A stretch of DNA of 55,620 nucleotides, filler included, from Sluysia triapertura (taxonomy: Eukaryota), in NCBI GenBank assembly GCA_046118255.1. It is 4 parts of 4 records of this genome, joined end to end, with 100 filler letters (N's around TTAATTAATTAA, not from the genome) between each part and the next. Parts side by side here need not be neighbours in the genome. Positions count along the whole stretch, not along the records: positions 44,532 to 55,620 come from JBJNIA010189065.1; 3 more parts are not named here. One strand, written 5' to 3'. Positions 51,310 through 55,620 of this stretch are shown piece by piece; the stretch's first letter is position 1, and each line of letters opens with the position of its first letter. A program made the position numbers and the translations under genes. The notes under the pieces are model-generated. The model did no database searches and was not told where the DNA came from. It saw nothing but the letters and a program-made list of their open reading frames with translations.

Positions 51310-51860
51310 GCGTTATGGAACTTTTGCATATCGAGAAAGAGTTGATATTTAAAATTGTTATGGACACCAAATGAATATTTTTGCACTTGAAGTTTTTCTA
51401 GTCCAGTTTATAATACGATAAACGAAAGATTTGGATGATAACAACCATGAATATCATCCTATTCAAATCACACCGCAAGCCAAGATATTTGGACTCAGTC
51501 ATATTGGATTTATTCCTCAATGTCAATATAGTATTACATATGATCAACAAACGATTGATCAATTAACTTTACTGTCGACTGTTTTAACAGATCCACAAAC
51601 ACGTGCTAGGCGACATACAGGAACATTAGCATTTATGAAATTGATGGCAGTTTCAGTGGACATGGCTTTAAATATGAGTATAAATCGTGATAATAGTACT
51701 CATTACTTGAAAGCAGAACGAAATAGAGCTCGATTGTCATTGTTAACTAGTCGTAAAAGAGAATTTGATGACAATCCGACTCAAGTTAAAAATAAGTTAA
51801 CATTTTTAGTTAAAAGATCATTGTCGCGGTAGACAAAAATCTCACTCAACAAACTTATGT
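51310..51860 (+). pseudogene. STAG: Fragment of cohesin subunit SA/STAG (Scc3 family), STAG domain
   Basis: QCQYSITYDQQTIDQLTLLSTVLTDPQTRARRHTGTLAFMKLMAVSVDMALNMSINRDN...AERN..RLSLLTSRKREFDDN aligns with the recalled STAG motif [43 protein letters not shown]. In-frame stops on both sides, conserved positions substituted, VHRYRD motif lost. Confidence 0.88.
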
Positions 51861-52164
51861 AAGAATTAATACTTGAAAAATTGCTTTTTTGTCTAAACAA
51901 GGTTAATTTATAGTAGTTTTAATCGTCCTTGAACGAATTTGGACAAACAAATTTTATTAAAATTTAATTTTTTACATTAAATTTAAATTTCAGTTTTTTC
52001 TTTAAAATTTTATTTTAAAATTTACAATATGTAATTTTTTACTAAAAAAACACATACTTTAAAAAGAATATTAGACTTAATTAGCAATATTATCCAAAAC
52101 ACAATATTAAGAAATCAATAATTAATTGTCTAATATGCATTGTATATGTAATCAAAAAATCATT

Positions 52165-52768
52165 AAATATCAACAAACACAACACATAAAGTTATGATAA
52201 GAGAACTAAAGAGGCTCTTGATAACGTTCATGCAAATTAAATTTGTTAATCGAATTACTGTAAAATGTTCATTATTATCAGAATTATGAAAATCATTATT
52301 TTCTTTATCAGCTGTATCAGATTCATATTCCTTGATTTTCCACTTTTCTTCTAATTAACTCTACATATTGTTTAACGGATAATCCTTTTTTTCTTCATCA
52401 TCACACTCTGAATTTGTAATAATAAATTGAGCATATTGAATAGAGAAAATGAATATCTGAATCATTTCTTCAAAAATGAGAATCTGACAGTTATCTGCTA
52501 GAGAATTGTTTTTCGCTGAAGTCGGCGAATCTGCGATATTTGGCATTACAAATTTAGCTAAATTAGAACCCGATATTTGAATTACTGGTTCATGCCGACT
52601 AACACGATACATATGCTGCAAAATATAAATGAATGTTGCTAAATGACACTCGAACGTTTCATTTGTTAATTTATTATTTGTTAATTGAGCACTACTGGTT
52701 GAACATCTACCAACAAGATTCAGAGCAGATTTTAAAATATAGATAATTTTTATACATGATCGAACATA
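52165..52768 (-). pseudogene. Exon-like fragment of an unidentified helical protein
   Basis: About 200 codons in one frame with only two close stops (~52355-52363): ...ECHLATFIYILQHMYRVSRHEPVIQISGSNLAKF...EEKWKIKEYESD...VIRLTNLICMNVIKSL. Confidence 0.5.
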
Positions 52769-54690
52769 TTATCATATAGTCTGGTTTGATCAAAATTAGG
52801 GTTTTTGTAAACTAAAATTGTAACTTGAGTTTTAAACTTATTTTCTAACACTTATAATAATAACCGGAGGCTACTGTTCGCTCGTCTCTGTTGGAAGAGA
52901 TGGAAGTGCAGTATTGGCATATGATTTTAGGATTCGAGTTCCCGTACTCTTGTCTAGCTAGTAACTAAAACGAAGTAGTTTAAAATTTTTACTCATACCA
53001 ATCAAAATATACAAAAACTTTTATTCGAATTGTTAACTGAATAGTTATATAATACTAAATTCTAATATAATACTAATAACATAAAACTAATAGTTTTATA
53101 ATACTAAAAATTTATAATATTGACAAGCAATAGGAATAGAATATCAAACACAGATCAAAGTTAATAAAATACTATAAAAAGGTTTAATGTTAGATAAAAC
53201 GGTTTTAAAGTTTAATAAATAATATAGTTATAAATATCACACGTAATCGAAATGTTTTTTAAATTTAGAAAATTTTAACAATGTTATAATTATTCAAATA
53301 TTATCCCAATAGAATACGTTAAAATCAAAATTGTTACAAAGAAAATAATCAAATTATACCTTACAATCAGCATCATAATATTGTCTAATAACTTTACCTC
53401 TGTGCAAACTGTCAAATGTATTTCACGATCTTCTTCACAACCAAATATTGATGTATCAGATGTTTCTTCACAATCGAATACCAAATATTAATATCCTTCT
53501 GCACAATCGAATAAATATTATTATTCGATTATTGTACCGTCTCTTTATATACACTTTTTTAAGTAATAATTACCGTCTTTTTTGTGATAAAATAATAAAC
53601 TTTATTTTATTTATTCTTTTTTCTTATTCTAATTTTTTTTTCTATTATATACATTAATAATAAGCTTTATTATCCTGTTAATAAAATAATAAACTTTTAT
53701 ATACATTAATTCTTATTTCTCCCATAAAATAATAGACTTTAATATCCTTTAATAATAAACTTGATAACAATAGACTTCTGTTATTACTTTTTATTGTAAT
53801 TAATAGAATAGGTCCTATTTCAAATTATTCTAATTCTCTATTACAATTCACTGGACCATTAATAATATATTGTTTTCTGAATTGAATTCAACTATTTTCC
53901 TTGTCACTAATCTTTTACGTATTAAGTTTTAATTTTTTATAACTTGGTTTTTTTAATTTTTATGTTTGTAATTTAATTTTGCTTAAATTAAATTAATTTT
54001 TGTGATAACATTTGACTAAACATTTCAATAAAATACACTCTAAATATAATATTTCTAAAAATACTACAAATCAATAATTTAGTTAATAATTTAGTAAAAT
54101 GACATTATTATAGAAATTATTAATATTACAAAAAATTAATAATTAAATATAATTAATGAAAATAAATAAAATTAATTCCTATAAAATTAAAAAATAAAAT
54201 TAATTTTAAATTAAAAAAGTGTTTTATTAAAATACCATTGAAGGTCATCCAAGTATCTCTATAAAGCTACACTATTTTTGCATTGCATTTGTGCACTCTC
54301 AATTTTTTCACATTTGCAAGTCTAATATAATTCCAAGATTTAAAGTTTGGATTGTTCACAAGGATTTTTTCAGTTGCATTTTCAAGATTTTCATTTGGAT
54401 TATTCACAAGGATTTTCTTTTGTTTTACTACGAAAGGATTCTTCTAATTACGCTTAGTTATCTCATACTTATTCTTTAGTTTAATTTCTGTAAGACACTT
54501 CTATTTTAATCCAGATCGTAACATTTACTTAAAATATATTTAACTTTATTCACTCTTTTTAATTAATAGTTGAAAAATTTTATAAAATACATTTAAAAGG
54601 AATATAAATTAATCTAACAATATTATTATTTGTAATTATTGTTATAATCATAATTTGGTCTATTTTTTAATATCCTTATTTTTAAAGTAT

Positions 54691-54772
54691 ATTACATTAT
54701 TATAGGATATTACATTATTATAGGATATTACGTTATTATAGGATATTTTAGTATATTACATTATTATAGGAT
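54691..54772. repeat. 18-bp minisatellite, 4 copies
   Basis: ATTACATTATTATAGGAT at 54691, 54709, 54727 (one mismatch) and 54755. Confidence 0.92.
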
Positions 54773-55620
54773 ATGTCGTTTTTAGTTACGGTTATAAAAA
54801 TACAATAAAACTCACTAAAGAGATTAATAATTGTAAGGTGCCGTTTTTATAATACGGTCGTAAAATATTATGCAACATATCATTTATTTTTATTTTTACA
54901 ATATCATCCATACGACTTTATTAATTCATAAAGAGAATTAGTTGCTTAGAAAACTTTACTTGGTTATAAAATATTGAAAAGAAAGACGATTTATAACAGC
55001 GTTTTTTCTATACTGTAGTAAACTCCTACGTGAATTTTTATTTATTAAATTCTAATTAGTTATTTTGCATAAAATAGTTAACATTTAAAATCATTATTTA
55101 CCTACTATTACTACTTCTTTTGTTTGCTACTTACAACTTAGCCCTTAAGTGAGTAAGACTAAAATTGTAATGAACTCACCACATAAATTAAAAAATCAAC
55201 AAATAACACAAAGTTCTTGCAATAGTAAATTCTAAAATTTTGTATGTAATTTCATTTCTCAAGAAAATTAACTTTATTTTTAAGGCATAGTTAATATTCA
55301 AACATGACTTAAAATCGGTATAATAAAAGAAATAAATTCTGATCAGTTGGAATATGTAGTGGTCAACACTCACAACTTAAAATTTATCAAAACATTATAC
55401 TTAACATACACAGCTCAAAATTTCACCAAAACATAATTTCTAAAGCAATCACACTTCATATCATCGAGCTTCACCAACTCACTCATCATAAACAACACTC
55501 GACATTTATAACATCTCATCAATTCATATATCAACAATTCGATTAACACTCTCAACCATCCACTTCACAACATACTCCGATAATTAATCTCGAATAATCC
55601 ACAACATTCACTCAAAAGCT

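Noticed and set aside
52893-52952. Possible third tRNA relic (AAGAGA...GATTCGAGTTCC...ACTCTT)
   Set aside because: Too short and lacks convincing D and anticodon arms.
54691-54772. 18-bp repeats as CRISPR, iterons or telomere
   Set aside because: Directly tandem AT-rich minisatellite with no supporting context.
1-55620. Alternative genetic code (TAA/TAG read-through) to explain the many broken ORFs
   Set aside because: Intact genes end in standard stops (TAA at 4817, TGA at 5438) and lack internal stops, and the broken regions also contain frameshifts.
1-55620. Prokaryotic, phage or organellar origin
   Set aside because: Spliceosomal introns, eukaryotic TEs, low gene density, and no rRNA, operons or respiratory-chain genes.

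Overview
Very AT-rich (by eye about 20-25% GC), gene-poor eukaryotic DNA, most likely from an animal. Evidence: GT-AG introns, one as short as 30 nt; an ankyrin+SOCS-box gene; and VPS15, STAG and Unkempt-like homology. The window is four contigs joined by three artificial 100-bp spacers (44 N + TTAATTAATTAA + 44 N). Only two long ORFs look intact, and they sit side by side: an ankyrin-repeat/SOCS-box protein with a long acidic repeat tail (2910-4817) and a secreted-looking 155-aa protein (4971-5438). The latter has 12 Cys in a symmetric (C-x10)5-C-x8-C-(x10-C)5 ladder and is the most striking feature here. The rest is mostly decayed sequence: an RLE-type non-LTR retrotransposon, Tc1/mariner, Sola2-like, Gypsy and L2-type remnants, a piggyBac-like MITE, tRNA pseudogenes and satellites. 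It also holds isolated fragments of conserved genes (two clean VPS15/PIK3R4 exons, a STAG/SA cohesin fragment, an Unkempt-type CCCH finger) and scattered LRR-like relics. Family calls rest on motif recognition from memory; no database search was run.
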